64,000 nucleotides of DNA, from contig NW_024704743.1 in assembly GCF_018977255.1 (NCBI RefSeq), positions 112,656,001 through 112,720,000 of the forward strand. The letters run 5' to 3'. The translations under genes were made by a program, and so were the position numbers. The DNA is from Callorhinchus milii (Eukaryota). A model generated the notes under the pieces. It was not told the DNA's origin. It searched no databases and saw only the letters and a list, made by a program, of their open reading frames with translations. Every line of letters starts with the position of its first letter. Positions within the stretch are counted from its first letter, which is position 1. Shown in pieces: positions 14,630-24,628 of the stretch.

Positions 14630-14825
14630 TCTCCTGACAGCCTAATGGATGAAGACCCCACCTGTTTCAGTATGAAGTTGTGCAGGTTGGATTTCTGGTC
14701 TGTACTGAGTTAGCTGATTCGGTAAGGGCAGGAGTTGGGGAACATACTGCAGTTAGCCTCAGTGTCCCTGGGTTACAGAGGGGTCAACAGCCAGTGCTCC
14801 TGCTCCTGATCGCCATCCACTAATT
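14630..14825 (+). mobile_element. AmnSINE2-like ancient SINE relic
   Basis: ctggtctgtactgagttagctgat...gcctcagtgtccctgggtta...cagccagtgctcctgctcctgatcgccatcca matches my recollection of the AmnSINE2 consensus. A related copy lies at 60350-60700. Confidence 0.55.
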
Positions 14826-15058
14826 CCTGATGAAAAATAAATAATAATTAATCCTTGTAGGTGCAGGTAAATGAGAGAAATGCATTTCGGAAAGGGAAGA
14901 AAATAGAAAAAACGGTGAAGTTTTGTTATTGAATCTACAATCTTACAATAGTCTTATCATTTTATGAAAATATATGATTTTTTGAATTGTGAAATATTAT
15001 TCCTCAGTGCAGATTTGACAAACTACTACTTAATCATGAATATTTTCCTTGTTGCTAG

Positions 15059-15720
15059 GTTTAGAATACGTTAAACAGAGAATGCAAGAGGCAGTGGGGT
15101 GCACTGAGAAAAGAGAGGAACCACCACATCCCAAAGAGAAAAAAACACCTTCACCCAATGATACTCCTCATTTCTACAGGAAAGGCACAACTCCATCACA
15201 CAGCCCCGAACAGAGTCCTGGTCCCACTCCCCCTCCTTCACCACCAGTGTACAAGAAAATGGCAAATGCAAGCGGGAATAAAGAGTCTGGTAGTAATGTA
15301 AGCAAGGATGCACCAGCAAACCAGCCAGCGGCAAAATACCCATCCAAGATGAGTGCTAAACAAGGCAAAGACGTGAAACCTCAGCAAAAGCCAGCAGTCT
15401 ATAGTCACCCCAGTGCTGGTAATGGACAGGTGCATACCGAATATCACAGTTACTTTGTCCGTTCAGAAGTGAAACTGCCACCTGAAGTTCCAGAGGAAGA
15501 TGCCAATCCTCCACCAATAGGGCTAGGACGGCTACCACCCCCTACGAAGGCCACAGCCTCACGGTTACCGGGTACGAAGGCCCCTGTCAAAGAAAGCAAG
15601 TCTGAGCCAAAACAGAAGAAACCACTGACCACCACAGCTCCTGAACCAAAAAAACAATCAAAACCACTATCAAAATCCCGTGCGATTAAAGAGGAAAAAA
15701 CAGAAGAAATTGTAGAGTCA
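15059..15720 (+). CDS. JPH1: Junctophilin (JPH1-like) penultimate coding exon, Pro-rich divergent region
   Basis: Acceptor ttccttgttgctAG at 15057-58 and donor GTAAGT at 15721. The frame is open: (G)LEYVKQRMQE...PHFYRKGTTPSHSPEQSP...NGQVHTEYHSYFVR...VKESKSEPKQKK. This matches recalled human JPH1 motifs DYVKQRFQE, PHFYRKGTTPPRSPE, NGELHSQYHGYYVK and AKESKAEPKAKK. Phase 1 start, phase 0 end. Confidence 0.93.
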
Positions 15721-15737
15721 GTAAGTATTATCCATCC

Positions 15738-17015
15738 CAACAACAACAATTTGCATTTATATAGTGCCCTTCATGCAGGTTAGCGTCAGTGGCGGAGTCT
15801 AACAATGAGCCGGGGGAAGAGGGAGGGAGGAGGTTACCGTAAGCACAATCAAAAAGGAAGGTCTTTAGGCAGCATTTGAGGGAGGCAGAGGGATTCAGGG
15901 GGAGAGTTTCGGGGCTTAATGTTAAAGGCAAGGCCACCAATGGTGGAGCGGAGGGAACGGGGGACAAACAGGAGGTTGGCAGCAGCCGAGCGGAGGCAAC
16001 GGGTGGTGGAGTAGGGGGTAAGCAGGTCGGATAGGTAGGGAGGTGCGAGGGCATGAAGGGATTTGAAAACAAGTGAGAGGATCTTGAAATTGATCCATTT
16101 GATAATTGGGAGCCTGGCAAGACTGGTGTGCTGGGGGTACGGAGTTTTGTGCGAATGAGTATCCGAGCGTGGGTTTTTGGATTAATTGAATCTTGTGTAT
16201 GGTGAAGCTGGGGAGACCAACGAGGAGGGCATTAGAACAGTCCAGCCAGGAAGTGACAAAGGCGTGGATAAGGATTTCAGCTGCGTTGGTTGTGAGGTAC
16301 GGTCGGAGGCAGGCAATGTGGCGGAGGTGAAATCAAACGGTCCTGGTCAGGGAGTGGTGTGGGGTAGAAAGGAAAGCTGGGGATGGAACCTGACACCTAA
16401 GTTGCACATGCGTTTGGTGAGTCTGTGGGAGAGCCCGGGGAGGTTAAGTAGTTCAGACCCACAGGAGAGAAGACGTTGACAGGAGCCAAAGAGTATGGCT
16501 TCCCTCTAGCCAACATTCAGCTGCAGGAAATTTGCGCTCATCTAGCTGACAGGACGTCAGTGGACTGGGAGTCGCAGCTGGAGGAGGAGAAGTAGAGTTG
16601 AGTGTCATCCACATTCATGTGAAAGTTGACCCCATGTCTGCGGATGACATCACCGAGAGGGAGCATATAGATGAGGAAGAGAAGGATGGAGCCCTGGGGT
16701 ACCCCGCAGGTGACCCAGTGGGAGCAGGAGGAAAAAACATTTGCGGAAATGTATTGGTGGCGGTTTGATAAGTAGGACTCGATCCGGACGAGTGCAGTCG
16801 CACTGAGGTGGATGAGGGAATAGAGGCGGTGGAGGAAGACGGCTTGATCAACTGTGTTGAATGCGCAGGAGAGGTCCAGGAGAACGAGGAAGCAGTGGAA
16901 GCCCTGGTCACAAAGAGAGAGGACGTTGTTTGTTACTTTAACAAGCGTTGTCTCTGTGCTGTGGGCTGGGAGGAAACCAGACTGGAGGGGTCGGGTAAGG
17001 AGTGGAGGGAGAGTT
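15738..17015 (-). mobile_element. L2 LINE 3' portion, antisense within the JPH intron
   Basis: (CAA)n tail at 15738. The minus ORF 16538-17143 contains PLQSGF, HSTET, GVPQGS and FHMNVDDTQLY. Confidence 0.93.
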
Positions 17016-17052
17016 TTGATTCCAAAACTTTGGCCAGGAAGGGCAAAGGGGG

Positions 17053-17265
17053 ACATCCCAGTAAAAGACAAGGAGTTTCTCCCAGTGTCCTGGCAGACAA
17101 TCCCGTAAATAAAGTTGATTATTTGTTTCACGGCTGTGCACAAATTGACAGCAGTGTTTGCCTACAAATACACAGTCACTGCCTTTCACAGTAAAAAAAA
17201 TCCTGTGAAGGGCTTTGGTATATCCTCTTGACATGAACAGCGGTATAGCAAAATGTAAGGATTAT
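17053..17265 (+). mobile_element. Deu-type SINE 3' half
   Basis: ggagtttctcccagtgtcctggc...ctgtgaagggctttg...aaatgtaaggattatt, similar to 40400-40620. Confidence 0.65.
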
Positions 17266-17404
17266 TTCTCTTTGATACACTGTACAATGTAACAACAAGC
17301 AAGCAGTTGTTTAGTTTAATTCTGCAACAACCCTCATTTCTGAAACACTGACAAGTTTGAGCGTAAACACCAGCACAGACTAGACTAACCGGTTACTGTG
17401 CTGA

Positions 17405-17507
17405 GAAGTGTGGAGTAAGGAAACTTACCCAACGTCCTGTCCGTGAATCGAACCCAGGTCCTCTCACTTGTGTGGCGAGCGCTCTAACCATTAAGCTAAA
17501 GGACTCC
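17405..17507 (-). mobile_element. tRNA-derived SINE head (CORE-like family)
   Basis: The reverse complement ggagtcctttagcttaatggttagagcgctcgcc...ggttcgattc carries A and B boxes, followed by ttgggtaagtttccttactccacac. Confidence 0.8.
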
Positions 17508-17524
17508 ACCCTCCAGTAGTTAGA

Positions 17525-17650
17525 ATGCACACTCTCTCCCCAGAGGGATGAACCCTGCTTACCTGATTCTAAAGAGTACCAGTTATAGGTTGACAAGAAC
17601 CATGGCTTAGGGATCCCAGAGCATATGATGGGGTACTACTGCTGGAGTAC
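17525..17650 (+). repeat. Unclassified interspersed repeat, copy 1 of 3
   Basis: Aligns by eye with 23765-23897 and 47200-47322. Confidence 0.7.
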
Positions 17651-18222
17651 CTTATCTCAAAGTCGTGCCTCCATGCTTCGGTTTATGCTCCTTTGTATCG
17701 ATTGCGCTCCTGCCTCCCTTGCATTATTACCTGAACAAAGTTAAGAAACTGTTTGCAAGATTTTTGTCCTTTTATTGTGGTTTGTTTTGAATTGTTTTGA
17801 TCATTTCCTTTTTATTTGAGGGCTATGTTTCAAATTGAGTTCACACATGACAAAACTGAGGCTAGTTTCTCATCATAATCAGACTATTATTATTACATCG
17901 GTCACCTTTTGACAGGTCCTGAAGACCAAGAATTAGAGTAATGTAACTGCATAGTCAGACAACACTGGAATCCAGAGAGGTTTACATCACCACACAAAGT
18001 TACTCCTGGCAATGCAGCATCAGGGAGAAACTTAACCAGTGTGACTTAGAAATGCTTAATGACCGTTATGTGTGCGAGACAGGATAAGTCTGAGAGGTGC
18101 TTCATTTTGGGAAGAAAATGAGTGGGTAAAAGACTTATGATGGTGAACTGAAATTGCACTACCTGATTAATCAAGTTATATCAGTTTCATTAATAACAAC
18201 GATTTCTAACTGATTTTTGCAG

Positions 18223-18303
18223 AGTCCTAATACTATCTTGGTCATCCTCGTAATGCTGTTGAATATTGGTTTAGCCATTCTTTTTGTCCATTTCCTGACT
18301 TGA
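18223..18303 (+). CDS. JPH1: Junctophilin last coding exon: C-terminal ER/SR transmembrane anchor and stop
   Basis: Acceptor ctaactgatttttgcAG at 18221-22. Translates SPNTILVILVMLLNIGLAILFVHFLT*, the junctophilin TM tail, in phase with the previous exon. The exon continues to a donor G|GTAAG at 18319/18320. Confidence 0.95.
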   Translation, partial: SPNTILVILVMLLNIGLAILFVHFLT

Positions 18304-18501
18304 CAAGAGTTTGCCCACGGTAAGAATTTATTTTTCTTTGTTGAAAATTACATTGCAAATTGCTCAACATTATTGCTGTACTTTACCCTTTTATCTTTTC
18401 ACCTTATTAAACTGTATGTATTTTGCTGTCTAACTTTAGCTGTGCCTGAATGTGATTCAACATAGTTTTTTTTAATGAATCTAACTGTTTTGACCCTTCA
18501 G

Positions 18502-20505
18502 TGAAAATGAAAACTAAGGGTGTAAGCCCACAGTTCTCTACAGCTGTGCCAGCAGCCTTATTATTGACAACAGACATGCTGAGACACAGGGAAAGAGGCT
18601 TGGAATTAGAATGGGACACAGGAAAGATGAGACATGGAAATTAAGTCAGGGGCTGATGTGTGCCCCTGTGATGATTTGTGGTTCTGGATCCTCTGAAAAC
18701 TGAAGCAAGTGGCCATGTTGTGGAAAAATCTGCTGAAACAGCCTAACCACTGAAGTGCATGGCTACTCCATCTGCTATAGCGGAGTGTGGCTTAACTGGA
18801 AATGTACAGACTGCACTTTTGTTGATGGAAGCTAACAGCTGCCTTACTTTTTTACTGTCTTGACGTTTAGTTGGGAGAAAGAACGGCTGCCAGAGGAATG
18901 TGGTTGGACGATTCTGTGCTGTGGAAGCAATTTCCAGTGGTCACTCCTATCTCATTAGAAGAGATGCATTAGCATCACTCAACCAGTCTTACTCCATTAC
19001 CTTCTGCTTCTAACATCTCGTACAGTGTTCTGGGAGATTAAATAAAAAGTTCCCACGCTTTTGCATGCAAATTATAATTTTTCTGTCACACTTTACACTT
19101 TTTGTCTAATGTGTAGAATAGTTATACAGATCGACTGAGTGCATTTCCTTTGCTTTCAGTGACAGAGTTGGAGCCTCCATTCAGTTTGATATAATCACTT
19201 AAGTGCTGGTGACCAGTGACCCAAATTATTAGACTTGTCAACACTGAGAACCAGCAGTTAAGGGTATTATTTGCATGTAGGAATTATTTAATTTGAAAAG
19301 AAAAGTGACGTAAATGTTATTGTGTTGAATACATTCAGGTAGAGCACTGTAATTCGAATGTTAACAAAGTTGATGCCTTTAAGTCTTTAAAAAATGATAT
19401 AATGTTTACCTCAGACATATTTGCCTCTAAGGTTTTCNTTTTTTTGGAATGTTTGTGAAAGTTTTCATTGTCTTAATCATTTTAAGTGACACTAATTAAA
19501 ATAATGTGGTCAAAGGTTGATTTGTGTACCATTACCATGTAACACCCTTTATGTTATTGTAACGGCATGTTTATTTCAAAAGGGTTCAGTATTTGGTGTG
19601 GTTCCTTTTAGACGAGAACACTAGATTTATTTTAAACTTGGAAAAAAAAGCAAAGGGCTACATAAATTAAAATTTTTTATATATGTGTCAAAAAAAGTTT
19701 CGTAATCCACAAGTACTGAATTTAAATGTAAATTGTATAATAGTTTGCATGGTTTACTGCAAAAATGTTTTTATCAGTGCACTATTTTAAAATTGACAAT
19801 ATGAAGACAGTACTGTTTGTGGAGTGTATAAATGCTGCATAATTTATTATCTGAAATCGACCTGATTTCAGATCAGTAATAGATGATGTTTTTTGCAGAG
19901 GTGTTTTCAGAAACCTATGTGTGTGACCAGTGTGAAATGAAGAAGAAAAACAGAAAGACAGAAAAAAAGGGAATGAATGGCCAATGTACAGCAAATCTGA
20001 CCATGCTTCAAATGGAGATTTAGCTCACACATTTATGTCCTTGGGTCAGTGCAAATGTGAAAAAAGCCTATGTAAAAACTTTTTGTCTGGCACAAAAATC
20101 AGAGTTGTTGGGATTGTTTTTTTTGAGAACTGAAATTCACCTTAGTAATTTAATTTAAAAAATTTATATGAAAATGTAAGCTTTTTTAAGAAGCATGAGC
20201 CAGATACAACTGGCATTTTTCTAAATGTGCACAGCTCTATTTTAGCATGGATTACTTTCTTTTTTTTATGAGTGACATGCTGTACACTGCTATATATTTA
20301 TCAGATATTGCTCCAAGGGGACAACACTTCACTGTTGTCAATATATTGTTATATATTCTAATATTTTGAATGTCCTTTCCTTTCCTGGTATTTTAAGGCT
20401 CAGAATCCTTTAAGTCTGTTCTTTGTAAACTCGCTATCCCCTATCTGTTCTGTACAGTTTTCTTGACTGTAACTGCTTGAGAATAAAACTATTTGTTCCT
20501 ACAGT
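18502..20505 (+). other. JPH1: Probable non-coding terminal (3' UTR) exon of the junctophilin gene
   Basis: CTAAC branch point, pyrimidine tract and AG at 18481-18501, then ~2 kb of AT-rich sequence with no recognisable repeats. AATAAA at 20482 has upstream TGTA motifs and a downstream GT-rich tract. The end point is inferred. Confidence 0.6.
20482..20487 (+). terminator. Likely polyadenylation signal of the JPH gene
   Basis: AATAAA with upstream TGTA elements and downstream tgtgtgtg. Alternative AATAAA sites lie at 19041 and 20583. Confidence 0.55.
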
Positions 20506-21829
20506 TGCTCTGTGTGTGCCAGTTCCCTGTCAGTCTGCTGCACGTTGCTCATGATCTGAACGCTTACAAATATTAGTTGCTAAATAAAACATTTTAGAAA
20601 TTGTAATTCATTATTTCCATTGGGATTAAAGTGATAGGTCCTGGCAACAGATGCTCACGTGTCCCTTTGTGCACTATTTTTTTGGGGGGTGGGCACTAGT
20701 ACGGTGCTTTGAGAGAATAGTGGGGGTGCAGATGTACACCTATTATTTTTTCACCCAACGTTAACTAGTTTTGGTAATTTATTAGAGATGAGAGACTTCT
20801 CACTCTCTCCCTCTGCATGCGCACACAGAGCAAAGTCAGCCTCGTCCTCTCTGGCACTTCTCCCAAGAACGTTACTGAGTGGCATTGGCAGATGCTTGGG
20901 AGCAGTTGCCTCTCTGATTTCTTAGCAAGTCGTATGAAAAGAGAGAGGGAAATATAAATGCTATAACATTACCATGCATTGATGTATTTGACAAATTCAT
21001 CGGCTGGTGGTCGGTTTGGGAAGAAACAAGAATTAAATCTGCACACGAGATTGATTCCAACCAAGGTTTAACCGAGTGTGTAGAGTTTTCAGTTTACTTG
21101 TACTCAGAAATGATGGTTTTATAAAAGAGCACTCCGGTATTGTTACGTGTATTTTTAAGGTCTTTTGACTTTCTTCAATGCTCGTATTTTGTAATTTACA
21201 TCACAGCACATCTGTCTCACTAACTGACCTAGTTTCAGCATAAAATGACATCGTGTTTACCTCAGATCTATTTGCCTCTTAGCTTTTTTTTGGAATGTTT
21301 GTCTTTCAGTGTGTTAATCATGCTCACTAATTAAATTCCTGTGGTCAAAGGTTCAATCCCATTACCTTCATGCTTCACATTTAATTCTCTTCCCGATTTT
21401 CAGTTTAGTACAACAGATTCTGTGAACCAGACCTATTCTCCAATTTCTAATCGTGTTCTTGAATGCAAATATATTTGAACAGGTGTGTGTGTACATTTTT
21501 TTTGAAAAATCAGAAAAATCTAATGTCTGACTTACAAGAAAGGTAAATAGAAACCGAATAAGCAATCTGTTCAAGTCACCATGTCGCAAAATACATACAA
21601 GCACTGGAGAAGATGGAATGAAGAGTCAGATCCTGGTGGAAAGGGGACAAAGTACAATAAACTCCAGATAGCTCGACTCTGGCTTATTAGTAACCAGCAC
21701 TTAAATCACCAAGCTGACAACACCCAAGCCACATTTATTTATGGATTTATACATATGCCTAACTCACCACTCCAGATAACTCATCACTGAGCCCTTTCCC
21801 TTTGGGGTGACGATGTATCAGGAATATGA

Positions 21830-22150
21830 CGATTATTGTATACAAGAATAATCAAAGGTGCAATTTCCAGAATGGAAAGAAGATGGGTTAAGATGTATAA
21901 AATACAAAAAGGTAGTGTTTACAAGTTGAATGAAGAATATTTATTTGGATGAAACCAGGGAAGTACGATTAGGGGCATCAATTTAAAATAGAAAATGTAT
22001 AAGATGAGTCATAAACTCAGTGAACAATAAAAGTTACCAACAATCTGAAAGGTCATGTAGTACTGTACAGGCAAATTTATCAAGTGAACTTGATAAGTTC
22101 AAGTGAAAAATTAATTTTGGTGCTGTATGAAGTGAGGTAAGGCTGGAGGA
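21830..22150 (+). mobile_element. Highly degenerate CR1 3' fragment
   Basis: gatgtataaaata...aggggcatcaatttaaaat...gaacttgataagttc pattern of CR1 3' coding ends. Confidence 0.45.
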
Positions 22151-22554
22151 TTAGTTTTGTACCCACCTGTTTCCCCCATAAAATTTAGTCAATTCACTTT
22201 GCAGTATATTCTGTGAAGGACTCAATGACGTGATAAGGCGCCATATCAAATGCAAGGGTTATTATGATTATTATTTTCTGATATAGCGCTTCACATTTCT
22301 TAGTGGTACAGTTCTTGGTGGTATAGTGCCTTCTGTACTGAATATTATTTCCACAGTGAACACCTCAACAGTTAATTCCTAAAATTATATGTAAGAGTAG
22401 CTTATGACAATGAATGGTTTGATTAATAACAGCACAATATAATTTTTGATGTTAAAAATTAAGGCAGGTTTGAATAGAAAGTAAGCAAGGAAATTATTTA
22501 AAAAACAAAGTTTCAATTATTTCAAAAACAAAGTTTGAATTATTTTTTAAAAAT

Positions 22555-22727
22555 TGGTCACTCAATCCACGATTGTTTATGGGACACTGCTGTGCGCAAT
22601 TGGCTCCCACCTTTCACCCAAAAATATACAGTCAATTCACTTTACAGTATATTCTGTGAAGCGCTTTGAGACGTCGTGAACATGTGATAAGGCGCTATAT
22701 TAAATGCAAGGATTATTATTATTATTA
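22555..22727 (+). mobile_element. SINE 3' module with L2-type tail (5'-truncated)
   Basis: ttggtcactcaatccac...ctgtgaagcgctttgagacg...ggcgctatattaaatgcaaggattattatt. Similar fragments at ~4400-4522, 5455-5615, 12275-12360, 27815-27925, 34470-34628, 47660-47812, 47888-48060, 52115-52290, 55815-55945, 61903-62072 and 62724-62820. Confidence 0.9.
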
Positions 22728-23764
22728 AGTATTAGTATTTAAACCAATTGACTTCCCTGGTGGTAATATCTTAACTGTCGAATGCTTATCAGGGCAATCT
22801 TGACCAAAGATCCTCCAGAGATAAATAAAAACATTGGGTATTCACTTCAGGGTTGTTTGTGGGTCTTTGTGCAAATTGGTTGCTCCAGTTGCCTGCAAAT
22901 ACAGTCACTAAACTTCACAGTAGTGCTATGAAGCACTTTGAGGCGTCTCGGCAATATGATAAGATGTTATATGAATTGCAAGAAATAATAGTATAGGTAA
23001 ACTTGTGGGTGAAATAAGATAATGCTGTATTGTTTACTTCATAAAGCTTCTATATTTAGAGCAGTGCTGCCAAGGACAGGTGCCATCACTCATTGTCACT
23101 ACTGTACTATTAAAGTGTAGTGTAGAAATTCTTCTCTGCAGAACAAACCGCTCTGGTGGTTAGCATAACAAATGTGGATCAGCACTTTCACATGGATCAA
23201 TACTTGTGTAGTTATGTAAAATAACAGTAACGCTGCCTTAAACACTGTCTAAATGTTCAGATGACCTTGATGCTTTGTTCTTGTGGATTTATTTGACCTC
23301 TATTGTACAAAACGCCATTGACTGCCAGGCCTCCACACTTTGTTTCAAATGTGACTGGACTAGAAAATAGTTTTGATGATCTGGAATTAATTAAAACCAA
23401 TCGATTTGGAGATGATTCCGGTTGTTCGGTTAAAGATAATTTTAGAAGCAAAATCAACCTAACCATAAAAATGACCTGCACTTCTCATCTATGAGTAATA
23501 GGTTTAGAATAGATATGATATGATCCTATTACAACACAAACACACATGATGCAATGGAACATCAGCTGAGCCTCACTATATGCTGTAGCTTTCTTGCCTG
23601 GTGTCATTCTGGTTATGATTTTACAATGTGACATTTGCGGGGCAAAAAGTAATAATTTGTTTTCGTCAGCCGGATGTCTGACACGTTTAACAGTATCCAA
23701 TTCAAACTGAGATTTCCTTGCATCCCACTTACATATGGAAATTCCAGAGATAGATCGTTGGAAT

Positions 23765-23897
23765 GGAATGGACTCTCTCCCTGGAGGGACGCATCCTGCT
23801 TACCTAATTCCGGAAAGTATTAGGCGCAGGTTGGCAAGAGACAAGGCTTGGGGACCCCAGAGTGTGTGTTGGAGTCTAACCAGCTAAAACCCCATAG
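23765..23897 (+). repeat. Unclassified interspersed repeat, copy 2 of 3
   Basis: actctctccctggagggacg...cctgcttacctaattcc...caggttggcaagag...ggcttggggaccccagagtgtgtg. Confidence 0.7.
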
Positions 23898-24569
23898 CTT
23901 CTCATTAATAACGCTGTCTGGCAAGCTTTCTTTAACCCTGATCTCCAGCTTTTCTTCACCTGGATTCCATGTCAAATATCTCCCTTAAGTGTTGTTGCCA
24001 TAGTTGGCTACATTCAAATCTTGAGTGATGAAAGTGGAAAGACAGACTTTAGGGGATAGAGTAAGGAGCTATTAGTGCAGTTACACCAACAAAATCTGTT
24101 GGATTACAATACATGTGTTAGAATTACACATGATTACAAGGGAAGTTTGGATGAAGAAAGTCTTTTTTTATTGGTGAGCTGGGTTTTCCCCACTCATCCC
24201 TACTAATCCGAATTAAACCAAATACTGTTCTACAACTGGGAATTCAGGTTGCCCCTCCCCTGCCGCGGCAACTCTTAGCCCCTCCCAAATCTGTGTCCCC
24301 AGTCGTCAAAAGGCGGCACAGACCCGATTCCTTGCATTAAGACCACCCGAACAAGTCAAGTGGCCGGATCACCACTCCGACCCGGGCAAACCGGGGAGGC
24401 TTGGAATGATGGATGGCAACACTTCTCAAAGACCTCAAAGGATGAGCACACTACAGTAAAGTGGCTCCACCTGCCATGAATAAATCATCAGGAGGCTCAG
24501 ATCTGCAGTGGCTAGACCCATCCGAGACCTCAAAGGGAGAGCTCACTGCCAGAATTGCACAGCCCTAGG

Positions 24570-24628
24570 ATTAACTGATAAGAACAGATACTGTACTTGA
24601 TCTTAGCCCAGAGGCGAAAAGAAGTGAT
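24570..24628 (-). pseudogene. U2 snRNA 5' fragment (about nt 1-58)
   Basis: Reverse complement ATCACTTCTTTTCGCCTCTGGGCTAAGATCAAGTACAGTATCTGTTCTTATCAGTTAAT versus U2 ATCGCTTCTCGGCCTTTTGGCTAAGATCAAGTGTAGTATCTGTTCTTATCAGTTTAAT. It starts at U2 nt 1, lacks the 3' part and Sm site, and the branch-pairing motif is mutated. Confidence 0.92.

Noticed and set aside
1..15058. Upstream JPH exons (MORN repeats, ...ARELSPDFYQPG)
   Set aside because: I could not find them by eye; they probably lie upstream of the window.
23257..23494. Overlapping short ORFs on both strands
   Set aside because: No recognisable family (not LY96- or TMEM70-like to my reading), and the length is expected by chance.
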